Shown: piece by piece, positions 50,530-64,000 of the stretch
How the letters are laid out: every line of letters starts with the position of its first letter
Numbering within the stretch: the first letter of the stretch is position 1
Assembly (NCBI GenBank): GCA_951406725.2
Contig: OX597819.1
Location: 106,454,001-106,518,000 of the forward strand
DNA from: Octopus vulgaris
Taxonomy: Eukaryota
Direction of reading: 5' to 3'
Length of the DNA: 64,000 nt
Position numbers and translations under genes: made by a program
The notes under the pieces: generated by a model
What the model was told of the DNA's origin: nothing
Seen by the model: the letters and a program-made list of their open reading frames with translations, nothing else
The model's database searches: none

Positions 50530-51195
50530 AAAACATATCCAAAAAATAATGCCGGGAAACATAGCTACCAAAAAAATGTAGCGAGGCGATTTTCGATCTA
50601 TCATCCTACGATATTATAAATATATCTAGTCAAAGAACAAGGAAGCGGTGTCAGGTCAAAAAGTCAACTCTGAACGAACAGATCCGTCTCCTATTGTCCC
50701 TGTCAATGCCTTAATGACAAGCTAAAACTCATGCCGGTTGGATCATCACCTGGGACAACAAGGACGGTGTCGCTCAGTGAGAAACCAGATGGGTCGAAAA
50801 GCCTGCTACTGGAACGAACTCTAAAAAACGATCTATCAGGTAACCAGACCCAGGATTATCCTTACACTAGACTTGTAGTGACGCCACCAAAAACATCACC
50901 TAATGTAAAGCGCATAAAATGGATTAGAGAGGCTTATAGAGGTGTGTTGAAAGCTTTCTAAACTGCCCAAGTAAATCCAAACAATAGCCTCATTGTTCAA
51001 ACTTATATTTCGCGGAGAAACTTAGTAGGCAATGAAATACGCAGATATTTAGGTGCAAATAAACTAAGCAATATACGTTGAGACATCAGTAAGAATAAAT
51101 GGTTAAGGGACACTGAAATCAGCCAAATTAGGATACAAATAATTCATGGTAAATCAAATGAAAGCAGCAACAATACAGATGAAATAGGTAACAGG
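50530..51195 (+). mobile_element. RLE-type LINE 5' ORF relic
   Basis: KRIKWIREAYRGVLKAF*...TY...ANKLSNIR*DISKNKWLRDTEI. Confidence 0.65.
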
Positions 51196-53693
51196 TGAAG
51201 AGAACCCAGTGTACGAGCAGTGTATATCCACCTTGTACAATGTTAGATACTTTTTCTCATTCCTTCTTTCTGTCTTTATCTCCGACACTGTGGAAAGCAT
51301 TCAGACTTGAAGGGGTATGTGCTGTACCAGGTCTAGACATGCTTACATACCTAACTCACGACAAAACCTCTGTGACTCCAGCAACAAACACAGGTTAGAC
51401 AAGGTAATATATCATGTGGTGAAATATCTAAGTCACTTTACCTTTTCATTCTAAACTACGTTGCCAAAATACATGCTACGCAAGGATTGAACACGATATG
51501 ACTGACCATTTCATTTCTAATATCGCTTGGTATTCTTATTGCTTAGAAATCAATAAGTGAACTCGTGAATGGCGTTTGATAGACAGAAGTAACAGTGTAG
51601 GGGATTGAATGTAGCTATTCAGATTATGGTCTATTAATTAAAATGTATGAAACGTGTAGCCTTCACAATTTGACTTTAAACAGAGTTTCCTCTTCTCCAC
51701 ACATCATCGGTAATTTTATAACTGATTGAACGCGAGGATAATATTGATATTGGAATCGTATACTTTGTAGTTTTTAGATTTTAAACACGTTTGAAGGAGG
51801 ATTTTGTCTTCTAATTACAAGGATATTCGAGTTCGAAACTTTTTGATTAATACAATGTGTTATGTATGAAAGACTACTACACACATATGTGTGTGTTTGT
51901 GTCAGGGCGTATACATGTATGCCCATACAGATACACACACATACACACACACACATATTGATATTCTAACCATATAATTACTTCTAGTCAGCTTTTTAAT
52001 GCAGAGAATATCACACATTTTAACATTAACTAACAAACTTTTCGCTATCTTTCTATCTCCTCACATAATAATTGTTTGTTAGCTATTTTATACTAGCTGC
52101 AGTGGAATATGTTAACATCACTTAACTATAACAATGTATTTGATGCTATCAACACCAAACAATATGATATTGACAGAAATAATCTATGGTGTTTTCTTCC
52201 TCTTGGAATAAATATCCTATCGCTGAAAATGTTATGTAGTCAATGTGTTGGCTTTACTCTATCAATGTATATGCAGTGCTATAAATTATATTCCACCCTT
52301 TCTAATGTTTCGTTATGCACAACATATGTGATTGTCTTGTTTAGATTTATTTCTATATATGAACGGAAGCTGATTTGGTCTCCGTTTTCGTCTTGAACAT
52401 GGCAGTGTTCTTGTGAAAGGAAAAATAAATACTTCTTTTGATGTTATCAATTGAAAGAATCTTTTACAAAACCTTCTGGCAGAAATAGGAAAAATACAAT
52501 ATCAATATTCCACGCCATATATCATTTCAAAAAATATAGAAGTGATAATATTTTGCTATAAAAGTTAAAAGTGATTTCTTTTTTTTTCTTTTGAACAGAC
52601 AGTCAACGTGTTTAAATAAACATTGGTTTGTTTTCTTCTTGGACAATTGACGTGCCTCAATAAACTGTTTTTTTTTCTTGGATATTTCGACGTCTTAAAT
52701 GTTTCTGAAAGATTACGTGACTGTTAGTAGTTTTGTTGTTTCAGACAAGTGTCTACATGCTTCAGGAAAAAAAAGTAGCTATCATTGACTTTGAACGTCT
52801 TTTATGCAGATCATTCTAGGTCGGATACATCTCACGGTCACATACATTTCAGCTATGACCATCTCGTATTATTAAGAGTAGTCTGAACCATCTTCTCTGA
52901 TTTGTTCTTTCAGAATGCCGTGTATGATCTGAGGGATATTTGTTTAGTATGTCCAGGAAACTGACTGACCACCCAAAGATTTCCTAATTTGTCACTTTTC
53001 GAAATGTTGTTTAAATCTATGTCAACACAACTGATTATTATCACTTATTCTTATGGGTTTACTCAGTATATTTGTTCCAATATATTTACTTCTTCTATTT
53101 AGACGGTTAGGTGTGATATGAAAGGCTGCTATATTTAAATACTGGCCACGCGATCAAGTAGATTTTCTTTCGCTCAAAGACATTTGTGTTAGTTTATGTC
53201 AATTGTTATGAATATTTAACTTCGTACATATTTATTAGAACATATATAAAATATCAGATATAAATTAGAATTTCATGATATTTCCCAAAAGAGTAATTCC
53301 TTTCTTTTGCTACAAAATTTGACCAGACATAGTTTAACTGTGTGACTAATAATTATGCTTTGAAACGCGGTTCTGAGTTTTATCACACTGGTAAAGTTCC
53401 GCCCACCATTGATTTGTTTTGAAGACGATTTGCTAGTGAAGTAATGTAAATGAAAAGCCTGCCGGATGCACGTTTACTATGATGATGATTGGGTAGAAAA
53501 ATTAATCGGGCCCTGACTCAGCACCACTTGTTGCGTGGGAGTAAATTATTGAGTCAACCCTGTTGAAGGTCCCGGTCTGAAAATAAAACCTATTGTTGAT
53601 CTTGATCTTGTAAAAGTATATGAATTGCGGGGCTCTTTCTCCACCATTATCCACAGAAGAAATATGACCAAAAGCTTTCCTTCTCCAACGAGG

Positions 53694-53747
<54 letters not shown>

Positions 53748-53789
53748 TATTGTGTATACTTGCAAATTATATATAAAGTACACACACAT

Positions 53790-54140
53790 ATAAGCAACAA
53801 AATGACTGATATCAAAATTGGTAAAGAGTCAGACAAGGAGACACCATATTACCTAAATTATCCACTTCTCTATCAGAAAAAGTTTTTAAACACTTATATT
53901 GACCAGATAGAGGAGTAACTATAAACAGATACAAGCTAAATAATCTCAAATTCCCTGATGATATTGTACTCATTTCCAGGAGCAATCAACAGAAATGCTC
54001 AGAAGAAAGTTAAATCTGTGGACTCATCATGGATATGAATAAATCGAAGATAATCCCCAAACATCTTATCACAGCGGAAAATGTAGTAATGGATGATGAA
54101 ATAGGTGAACATGTGGACCAATTACTTTACCTTGAATTCC
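53790..54140 (+). mobile_element. RTE LINE RT fragment
   Basis: VRQGDTILPKL; GVTINRYKLNNLKFPDDIVLI; GLIMDMNKSK; EHVDQLLYL. Confidence 0.8.
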
Positions 54141-54189
54141 CTCAAATGTGCGAGAAATCAAATCATAATCATCAGCATACAGAAAATCC

Positions 54190-54960
54190 CACAGGACCCC
54201 TTCCTTGGTATTTTCTTTGATCTGAAACTTTGTCCGTTGTGGTTTAATATGTACGAAACCGGGATTTTATACCTCCAAAGTAATCCCTGAAAGCATGTTG
54301 GATTGTCATTGAAAAGAATATGAATAAATGTACAAACATTAAAACACATCCTTCTTTGGTTCCAGTGGTAACTGGCAACAGAAAATGCCTCTGAGCATTG
54401 ACTACAAGATATCACTGTTGCCATGATTCCTTTATGAAAAGCTACTATTACCCTTATCATTCTACCAAGTGGTCTAGCTTTTGACAAAGTTTCCAGAATG
54501 CCTCACGATTTGCCTTATCAAAGTCAAGTCGACAAAGACCATTTGGAAGTCTTTTGTTCACGCACTATCGCTTGAACTTGTCGGAGAGCGAATATCCTGT
54601 CAATTGCGCCTCTCCCAGACCAAAATCTATATTGTGATTCAAGATATACGCTATGTTGTTTGATGCGGATAAAAATTTTTCCAGCTATGCACAACAATCT
54701 TATTCCTCTGTGATTATCACATGCACTCTATTTCTCCTTGCGTTTGTAAAAGTGCTTTATAGATGCATGTTTGAACTGCTGGGGAACAGATCTAGTTTTT
54801 CCGAATCAAATAGATCAATTTGCGTAGCTTACTTACAAGTTGTCTGCCACCATGCTTCTACATCTCTATGGGAATACCGTCTTGTCCAGGAGTTGACACT
54901 TAAGAGTTTCGTTTCGTCGCTAGAGAGAATAAGTTCTTGGATCAAATACACTCTTTAGAT
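54190..54960 (-). mobile_element. RTE (BovB-like) LINE RT fragment
   Basis: STPGQDGIPIE; ESQYRF..GRGAIDRIFALRQ; DKA; AFHKGIMATV...SEAFSV. Confidence 0.8.
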
Positions 54961-57129
54961 TCCTACCATGCCCGGACACCTAGAACGATTCATGATCTGA
55001 CTCACTTTTTCTCTTCTCATCGCCCATATTGTCTCCTGCCTAGACACTACGCGAAGAATTCCACTTACTACGTCCTCTATAAAATGTTCTCCGGAGAACA
55101 CTACACATGCATCCTACTACCTCTTGACTTATAAGTGTTGAAGCGGAATATTAGGAGGTTATAAGCTTCTGTGGGGAGGAGGATATTGGGAGGCATCCCC
55201 CCCCCCCCCAGATTTAGCTAAGAAAATTTGCATTATTATTTTGTAGAATATATAAATCTTTTCTTGTTAGAAAACATTAACTGTATTAATACATGCTAAA
55301 TGGTATTTTGCTAAATATTTAAATTGCACTTTATATGCTATTTCGTAGAATATTATAACTTTTTATTAATTCTTATAGTAGTTCAAAGTGACTTGTAATG
55401 TGTTTTAAATCGTATTAGTTAAAGATATGTTAAAACTAAATTGTATTAGTCAATACTCTTTTGTGTATATATTTCTAAATGCTTTGGAGAATGTCGATTC
55501 GTTCGGTGGTTTCTCTATGACAGTGGTCTTTCATGTTTATCTTGATATTTTTCTCTAATGTTCTGTTTACATTTTTCACGCTTGTAAATTATTTATTGAA
55601 TTTATTCGTTTATTTCTATCATTATAAACTGTCAGATTTATTGTTCCAGTTTATTGATTGTTTGTGCAAGAAATTATTATTTGAATGATTGTTTGGCTAA
55701 ATGTGCATGTGTCTGTTGATAAAGAGTACAGGTCAGACACTGATAGTTAGGAAATTAATTTAACAAGCAATATGAAAGACAATCAACTCACAAAATAATT
55801 AATTGGTCTTTTCAGAACATTATTTCAACATCATAAACTTTCATACTGATATCTTTGTAAACATGTTGCTGTCTTCCAAATGTGAGCAAAGAATGGATGT
55901 TACACGTAGAAAGAATAAGCTGTGTATTACTGCGGCTGGAAACAGCGCATTGAGGTATCGAGTTGTTCAATAAACTGGAACTCAATCACAAATGTATCTA
56001 ACAGATCTAACACAATTAATGGTCCACGACAACCAGATAGTGCGAAGTAAAAGCAGAATGAGCAGTTGTGACACATTTGAGAATTATGGGTAATGCCATA
56101 ATAGTAATAGTAATATACTTAAGTGAATTTTTGCTGAAATTAGATTAATGAATAAATTTGAGCCAGACGGAGCGTCAAGGAAAACTATTCCCCTATAGAG
56201 AGTTTTAGCAAACTTTCTGATGTCTTAAACTTCATTTTGATTTTAAAATGTGCCGCCAAAAATTATTCGATTCAGTGGGTATGCTGTCCCAATCGCTGAA
56301 TATCATATCTCTCGACTGAAAGTTACAGGGGGTTCACATTTTCCGAGGACCTTGCCAGTACGCACTTTATAATATTTTCAGTGAGCAGCAGTGATTTGTT
56401 GAACATGAAGTGGGTAAATTTTAGCTCCGAGTATTTTTTTTCTTTTTGTCCATTGATGAAATCCCATTCTTAGTGCTGCCCTGCATTTTTGCAAGAATTT
56501 GCCGACGATTGAATAGTGAACAGGTACAGAAAGTAATATCAAAGGGGCACCTCAACTTGCTTGGGGAGCATGAAGATGCATCCACTTCTAATGTAATCTA
56601 TGGCTTGCAACATCACCTGTGACAGCAATTGCACTAAGTTGTACAGCTGTACAAAGCCACTGTAAATAGTTCCTGGCATGCGAGGAACATGCTAGGAACT
56701 ATTTAAATAACTTCTTATTCAAAATCGTTTGGAAAATTAGTTAGCAGATTGTGACACCACTCAAGATGAAACTTAATCAACACATTGTTTCACGTATATA
56801 TTTGTATATATTCATATCGAATAGAGTAACTGTAAAGGGAGTGAATTATATTTGAAACGAAATATTTAGATACTATATTTTAAAAACGCTGACGACAATT
56901 TCTCACTGAAAAAAAAATATTTTCATAAATTTAGTATGCGACTTCAAATACCATGAAATATATGAAATATATTCTTTCGATGTTTCGCGTAAAAACTGGA
57001 TTAAATTTATGAAAATATTCACGTACTACACTCTCTGGATTTGATGTTATGATACTTGAATTACATATTAAAACAACAACAACAATAAAAAAACGTCAGA
57101 TTTCGGGAGTTAAAAACAAGAATTTTGAC

Positions 57130-58901
57130 CTGAAATAACGAAACAATAATTTATGTGTATCACTATTTTCCAATGTATTTGAAAAACCCTTTCCTAACTT
57201 TTCGGAATTATCAACCAAACAGTTTTGCTCAGACTTACCCTGTTATTAGAGTAATTATCTTTAAAAATCGTAGATGAACTTTTATAACGAAAAAAGGGTC
57301 TTAAACGGTTAACTCCCTTACACTGCAAAATCAATTTTTTCTATGTAGTGTTGTTATTCGAACTAAAATTTACATTGTTATTACCGTTATGCCGTGATTT
57401 CGTGTCCTGATTAATAGAGGTAGAATTAATGTCAATAGGGTTAATATAGGTAATGTTTTCTTTATAGCCTGTTTTAAGCGAGGCCGAGTTATAAAATTCG
57501 GCTTTATTGTTGAAGATATCAACATTGGCAGATAATCTAGAAAGTTTAAGTGAAATATTCCTAATCAAATTCTTTGTAATAGACTTCGGATGATTACTGA
57601 AAAATCTAATATATTTTAAATTAGTTGAGGGTTTCTGGCATGGGAAATATGAATCATGTATGTAAGTTAAGCTTAATATCCAAGAAATAGGCTTTAGTTA
57701 TATCATCGTCAAAAACAATGCTTAAGCCCATGTTTCGGAAAAAAATTAACCAACCTATTTTTAACGCTTTGTAATTTTTGGTTAGAAGTATTTTGAAGGT
57801 AGAATATACAATCATCACGATATAGATAGTCCTCCATTAATGTTTGGGAATTTAGTCAGCCATCTCGTAAAATCAGTGGTTTGTGCTGAATCTGAACTTC
57901 CCATCGTGACATCAAAACTTTCGGGTGTATCTTTACGGACCCACAGCTTGCTTCAAAATTTAATAAATTTTCTGGCGTGTAACATGACATTAATTTCATC
58001 TCTGGTTAGACCCGCTTTGTTGTGTGCGCACCAAAGTGTCTTGTTAAGTACAATTGGCTTAATAGAGGAATAGTAACTAGACATGTCGAACTGAATTAGA
58101 CCATAAATTAAAATATAATTTTTAACTGACGTAGGAATATATTTATCTAGAATGTTTTTGTTAAGTATACCGATATCAGAGCTAGAAGGACAAATAAGTC
58201 GTAAGATTGGGCTATTAAAAAATTTGGTTTGTGTACTTTTAAAATAAAGCGGGGTTGTTTTCTCAGCACTTTTACCAGTAATCTTATAATTCTTCTGTAT
58301 TATTTCTTTTCTAAGCAATTTTAGGTAGTAATCCCTGGTAAGTCTGTATAAGTTTCCTGTTTTATCCGATTGAAACAGTATCCCATCCATGTTGTGAATT
58401 TCTTTGGTGATATTTTGGAGACACCTCAGATGTTTAGTTCTTGTGGGTGAACGGTGTAATTTCACATTTCTCACGATAGACCAGGGATCGTCTTCAAACT
58501 ATTTCAATCTTGAGTTAGAGGGAGGATTGTTTTTAGTTTTAAACAATTTCTTGCATTCAGAAGTTAGATCGTTACAGGGTTGTTTAATGTCCTTATTGTC
58601 GAAGAAGAAAGCAAGCCATCTGATATGGTTAATAAAGGCGTTTGTCTTACTAATGAGTTCCTTAAGGAAAACATTCTTTGCGGGAATGGGTGTATCCTTA
58701 AGAGATGCGTTTATATTAAATAACTCCGTATTGGTAACTATTTTATTTGCAGGTAGAAACCTGGTTGAAGTGTATATAAATGTATGTGTATTTTAATCAA
58801 TGTGCAAAAACAACACGGGAAATAGTTACCAGGGTAGCAAAAATTCACATCGGTATTTTTCCGTGTTGTTTTGTACACACTGAAAAAATACACATAAATT
58901 T
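57130..58901 (-). mobile_element. Penelope-like element RT relic with a hairpin at its 5' end
   Basis: SDKTGNLY, LRLICPSSSDIG, IQFDMSSYYSSI, HARK, FDVTMGSSDSAQ, YRDD; inverted repeat at 58778-58901. Confidence 0.9.
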
Positions 58902-61199
58902 ATATATATATATATATACTACATAAACTCTATCTCTCCATCTTTCGCACCCAGACACACACACGCACACACATACACACACACACACATACACACATAC
59001 ACACAGAAACACACACACGCATATATGATCAGACCACTTCAAATCTCACTATCTAGAGGTTTCATACCCAGACTCTCCTATCCTATAGTGATCTGTATTA
59101 TTGGTGAAATTTCTTGGGAGGTTGGATGAAACAACTGTCGGGGTTTGACTGAAATACATATTTAAGTGAATAAAATATGGCTACTAATATGAGTCTATTG
59201 CGTACTAGCACAATATGTGTTGCTCATCATTATATCTCATCTCTTCAAGCTTCTGTAAAGAGAGAGTTTGAAAAATCGTCAATCGCCAAATACAACGATT
59301 CAGCCCCAACATAGTGCAGGTGTGATGAAATTCTTCCGTAAACAAAATCGCGGTTAGTAGCAGGTTTTATTATTCATTATTGGTATTCGTTAATTGTAAG
59401 CAGTTCTTTTATTGGTGACTGCAATGTGAATTATTAGCAACCGAGTATATTGATAGAAAAAGGAATATTCATATATATATATAACGAAAAAAAATTAAAG
59501 ATTTGAATTGAATTTGTACAGATGTTAGATGGCAATTAACATCCAGTATATCACACTTGTGACATGTCGAGATATGAACGCAGAACGTATAGGAAAGTCA
59601 GAAGTGTTGACCAAAGTTTAAAAATGTTAAAATTTCGTAAATACAATTTCAAAACTGTTCATGATTCTGGACTAAAAAGAAAAAGTAAAAATGAAATATC
59701 TTTTGAAACTATGAACTGTTTTCTCTCTTTCAAAGAAATTTCCTAGAGTGGTAAAATTAGCTTAATTAACTTGTGCTTCGTGTTATACCGTGCCAATGAT
59801 TTCAAAGGATAATGAAATAGTTGTATACACGTTTATCAACACCTAAAAACAACTTCAGGAACTTTTAAAAAATTTATGTAACAAAATTTTAGAAATTGAA
59901 TATGCAATTTCTTCAACTTAAAGTAGCTTAACCTAGAAGAGTTTCTCTCCCCTTTAATGGTATCAGCAAAAGCAAACCAAGTGTTCAAAATGCTCTGATT
60001 GCTTTTCTAAAATTATCCACAAATAACAGCCGGTAAGGGTGGCGGACAAATGAACATAGCACAATAGGAAATAGCATCTAGAAAACCTTATTTGCAATCA
60101 GGATGCATATGCTAAAACTTGTTGCGAAACGTTTTCGTAGTAAAAAACATCAACAGTAAATAAAAAAGAAATGTTATGCAAGGCGAAATGTCCTGGGATT
60201 TCTTTACCGGCATGTAAGTAATTTCTTTCTCTTTTCTCAACTGCTAAACAATTCAGGATTTAGTATGAAAAACAAAAGGAGACAGATGGGAATAAATGTA
60301 ATGTCGTTTTAAACTGTGAACTATTTTCCCTCTTAAAAATAAAAATAAAAGCATTTTATAAAATGTTGAAATTAGCTCCATTAATTCGTCTTTCAAGTTA
60401 TGTCGTGTCGACGATTGCAAATGAGAATCGAATAGTACTGTACACGACTGCCAACGACTAAAGGCTTTAAAATATTTCGGAACATCATTTTATTCTCTGC
60501 AACAAGAAAAAGGGATCAGCATTTAGAAATTAAATATACGTATTCTTCAACTTAGCTTAACATAGAAGACATTTTCTGCCCTTTAATTGTCTCACCAGAA
60601 ACAAACTACGTGTTCGCAATTTCAATGACTTAACATTTAGCGAACAGAAAGAAACACGAATTAAAAGTTATAAACGTATATACTAAATATAACACCAGTA
60701 CTGGACACAAAATTGGTACTCAGATTGTAAAATTAATGGCTAAGTTTAATCCTCTACTTTTTGTAGAACTTAAAATCCCATTACCTTATTTCGATTTATG
60801 TGAGGTAGTGTACTGGAATGTAAAATTTCTATTGCGAACCCGTAGCATAGTCAGTACGACTCTGTTCTACTCAGTACACTTTCGATGACGTCATTCATGT
60901 TTCACTGATTTTTGAAATACATGAATTTCTCCCGAGAATATATCCATAGCAAAAGATCCCCCTCCGCGTGTACACGAACCTGTTAAATATGACGTCCCCG
61001 CAGATATTTTATGCAGCTTTAACTCTAGCTTATTTTTTATTCCAATTACAACTGGCTTCCGACTTTCTCCTAAGTAAGACAATGGGTGGTCCTAGTTATG
61101 GATGGAACTTTGTGGAGGGGGTAGACAAGACTGAGTGATCTGGATTTCGGTGAGAACATCGTATTGGTGGAAAAAAACAGTGGACTGCAGCATTGGAAA

Positions 61200-61495
61200 A
61201 GCAGTAGTAGGGTGTTAGTGTAGGTGCACCGTCTACTCAACGTCAGTCATCAACACTGTTGTAAAATTTCCTGTATAGTTGTTCTCCTTATCGCAACCTT
61301 TGCCAGTGGTACTTCGCAAAGCAAAGTGAGGATGGATAGGAATATCTTGAGGGACAACAGACAGCGTTGTACCAGTTAGGAAGTTATTCTGAGAAGAGCA
61401 AGGTCACGACTACTTGAAGAGATAGTAGCACAGCATGGTGTATGCTTGTTTGATCATATACTCCGTTTAGCCGACCAACAGCACTCGAAAGTAAG
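61200..61495 (+). mobile_element. RTE LINE C-terminal relic
   Basis: RNIL...EVILRRARSRLLEEIV...FDHILRLADQQHSK resembles EVL.R...L..IV...GHILRL. Confidence 0.5.
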
Positions 61496-61777
61496 TATGA
61501 AAAAGTGAGATAAGTATTACATATTTGCAGTACACAGTTCGTCTTTAATTGCCACTAATAGTTTTATATGTAGAGACATATCCCAAACATATATTCATCA
61601 AGCATATATTTTCTTACATTTCTTGAAAATATATTTATACATATGCTTGTAAACGCTGAAATATATTTTGAAGAATTGGAAAATTCCGCTTAATTCTCAT
61701 TAAATTGTTAATATAATTCCAGCCTTATAATTTAAGAACTGCCTTCTCAGTTTTTTTCGCGTTTTTTTCTGTTAGTC

Positions 61778-61867
<90 letters not shown>

Positions 61868-61869
<2 letters not shown>

Positions 61870-62003
61870 CTTTCTGTCGAAGAGCGTAGGCTCGAAACGT
61901 AAAAGTCTTGTTCTATTTCTATTCCTGAGCGCCATACTAATACATTTGTTTTGTTTGTACTCCACCTGCCTTCGTCTTTTGTTTATTTTCGTAAACCTTC
62001 CCG

Positions 62004-62005
<2 letters not shown>
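61868..62005 (+). mobile_element. Short Penelope-like repeat between microsatellites with a hammerhead-like motif
   Basis: TCTTTCTG-TCGAAGA-GCGTAGGCTC-GAAAC-GTA-AAAG. Confidence 0.55.
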
Positions 62006-62057
<52 letters not shown>

Positions 62058-62070
62058 GTATATGTACGTA

Positions 62071-62329
62071 TATATTACAGACAAGAAAATAACTTTTGAA
62101 CACAGTAAATCTGTATGAACAAAGAAAGATTGGGTATTTATCCGTGTACGGGGCAAATAATTGCCAACAGGTGCCTACGAGTACCGAACATACAACCCCG
62201 CAGATATCGGCTGAATGTTCCCGTAGCCGCCTTGGCAATTCTTTCTCCTCTACGGATAAATACTCAATGACTCTCTTCTGTTCTTACAACTTTACTGCGT
62301 TCAAAATTTACTTTCTCCTATGCAATATA
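62071..62329. mobile_element. Palindromic MITE-like element (about 125-bp imperfect arms)
   Basis: TTTTGAACACAGTAAA...GTATTTATCCGT...AATTGCCAA is mirrored by TTGGCAATT...ACGGATAAATAC...TTTACTGCGTTCAAAA. Confidence 0.8.
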
Positions 62330-62358
62330 ACAGCCACATTCGCGGTTTCCAAAGTGTG

Positions 62359-62446
<88 letters not shown>

Positions 62447-63601
62447 TGTGTGTGCGTGTGTGTGCGTGTGTGTGTAGTGCTTATGAATGTGTTATATGAT
62501 ATCACTGTGAGCAGGCAAACTTTTATTCTTTAGTAGCAATATCAACCTGTTCTGTTATATTTTCCGTGTGAACAATATAAGTTAGTTTTCTCAAGTTTCT
62601 GTTTACATTAAACAACATATTTGCTGCACTGTCTATTTTTCCTTTATGTTATTCAACAGAATTTATAATTAACATAATCTTTTTTGTTTTCTTACGCTTG
62701 ACATTTTTACAAGAATGTTTTCATAAAATTTGTATGATATAATGAATTAAAATAGACCGTTATGAATAAATTGAAGGCTACTATATTCATATGATATATG
62801 GTATAAGTGATTAGAAGTAACAGCTGGCTTTAGATAAAGAGATAGGCTGCATTTGTATCTTCACTTTCAAACTTATAACTACATAGCATAAAATAAATAT
62901 GTTTACACAAAATTGGTAGCATGAATATATCATTTTGCTACAATATTGTTAATTGGAGAAAATGAATGTTTTGTCTATAGACATTTCATGGAAAATTGTC
63001 TTTGAATTTTCTTTGACTTTTCTTCTGATCAACTGAAACCACATAATCCAGGATGGGGCGGAGAGGACGGACGGTTTTGAATACTTCAAATAAATCATTC
63101 ATTTTAGCTGCAAACAAATTTTATTGACATCGATGTGTTTGTATTGAACACACGTTTATCAAAATCAAAAGTGGAAAACAACATCCAAACATTTGGAGTC
63201 CGATTTTATTGATGCATTTCTCAAAGCGTTCTCGGAAGTTGGCCTCCACTCTATCCAGCATTGATCTTTCGATCTGGGCGTCTTACCCGCGAATAATTTC
63301 CTTCAAATCGTCCAAAGTTTATGTGCATAAACACGTGCCTGGCGGTTTCCTAACAAGAAATAATCACGCATGTACAAATCAGAGGACCGAGGGGACCAAG
63401 GAATGTCAGAAAACCTGGAAATGAGGTGGTCACAGTTGAGAGGGCGAAGAACGGCCATTGATGCATGTGGTTGGTAAGAAAGCTACTTATCACACAGCCA
63501 CCCCAATTATAGTATAATATAAAAGCATAATGGATTCTCATATGTTTACAATTTGAAATTCTCGCCTTTGAAAAGTACAGGTCGATTTGTATTTTATTCA
63601 G

Positions 63602-63810
63602 CAGACAACGAGGACGTGCCATGCTGTAATGCTGAGGAGAAATCTATACTTTCTGTTATATATGATATTTTTCCTAAGTACATACTCTTTGAGTATACTA
63701 CGGATCCAATATGGACCAAGTGGCACTTTGGAGAAATATGTGGGTCTTACATATTGAATAGCTTATGTGATTGTTTAGAAAGAGGCACATATGAGGTTAC
63801 CACCTGGTAG
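63602..63810 (+). CDS. Candidate terminal coding exon of an unidentified Cys-containing protein
   Basis: NAGNAG acceptor TATTTTATTCAGCAG; phase-1 frame xDNEDVPCCNAEEKSILSVIYDIFPKYILFEYTTDPIWTKWHFGEICGSYILNSLCDCLERGTYEVTTW*; non-repetitive composition with no transposon motif recognised. Confidence 0.5.
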
Positions 63811-64000
63811 ATGTTTACACTGACAGAAATAGTTAACAATTATTACTACCGTATTCATAAGAGTAGGACATATTTTATGTTTCTCTTCAAATTTTTTGAT
63901 ACAGGAAAGAAATGGATGTACTTTGCTGAGATTTCTTTCATGTTAATTTGTTCAGTGTTGTTAGCCTAAGACTCTACTATAGCAAAATCGTGACATATAT

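Noticed and set aside
60081-60140. LICNQDAYAKTCCETF resembling a PLAC/ShK motif
   Set aside because: Flanked by in-frame stops on both sides; probably chance.
63735-63780. CGSYILNSLCDC as an insulin B-chain motif
   Set aside because: Cys spacing is off by one, and the CC motif lies upstream rather than downstream.

Overview
AT-rich eukaryotic (animal) DNA dominated by repeats. The tRNA-derived SINE families, (TA)n/(CA)n/(TACA)n tracts and transposon mix are most consistent with an octopus or other coleoid cephalopod genome (inference). No prokaryotic genes, rRNA, true tRNA or CRISPR are evident, and most listed ORFs are microsatellite artefacts. Recognisable content is a set of decayed transposons: a Helitron PIF1-helicase relic, several non-autonomous Helitrons and a HINE, an hAT GTF2IRD2/SPIN-type transposase, a mariner D,D34D transposase, a Gypsy LTR relic with a tRNA-Ser PBS, RLE-type (R4/Dong-like), RTE and Penelope retroelement fragments, at least five SINE families and several foldback/MITE elements. 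Most notable signals: (i) minimal Penelope-type hammerhead ribozyme folds carrying the compensatory U3-A8 core variant; (ii) phase-compatible candidate exons that may form a small Cys-rich host gene spread over about 58 kb; (iii) decayed, intronless PAN/kringle-like coding relics at three sites; (iv) an 800-bp foldback element with telomeric repeats and perfectly matched inner arms; (v) a transposase carrying a copy of its own 5' leader. All calls come from visual motif reading; no database searches were run.
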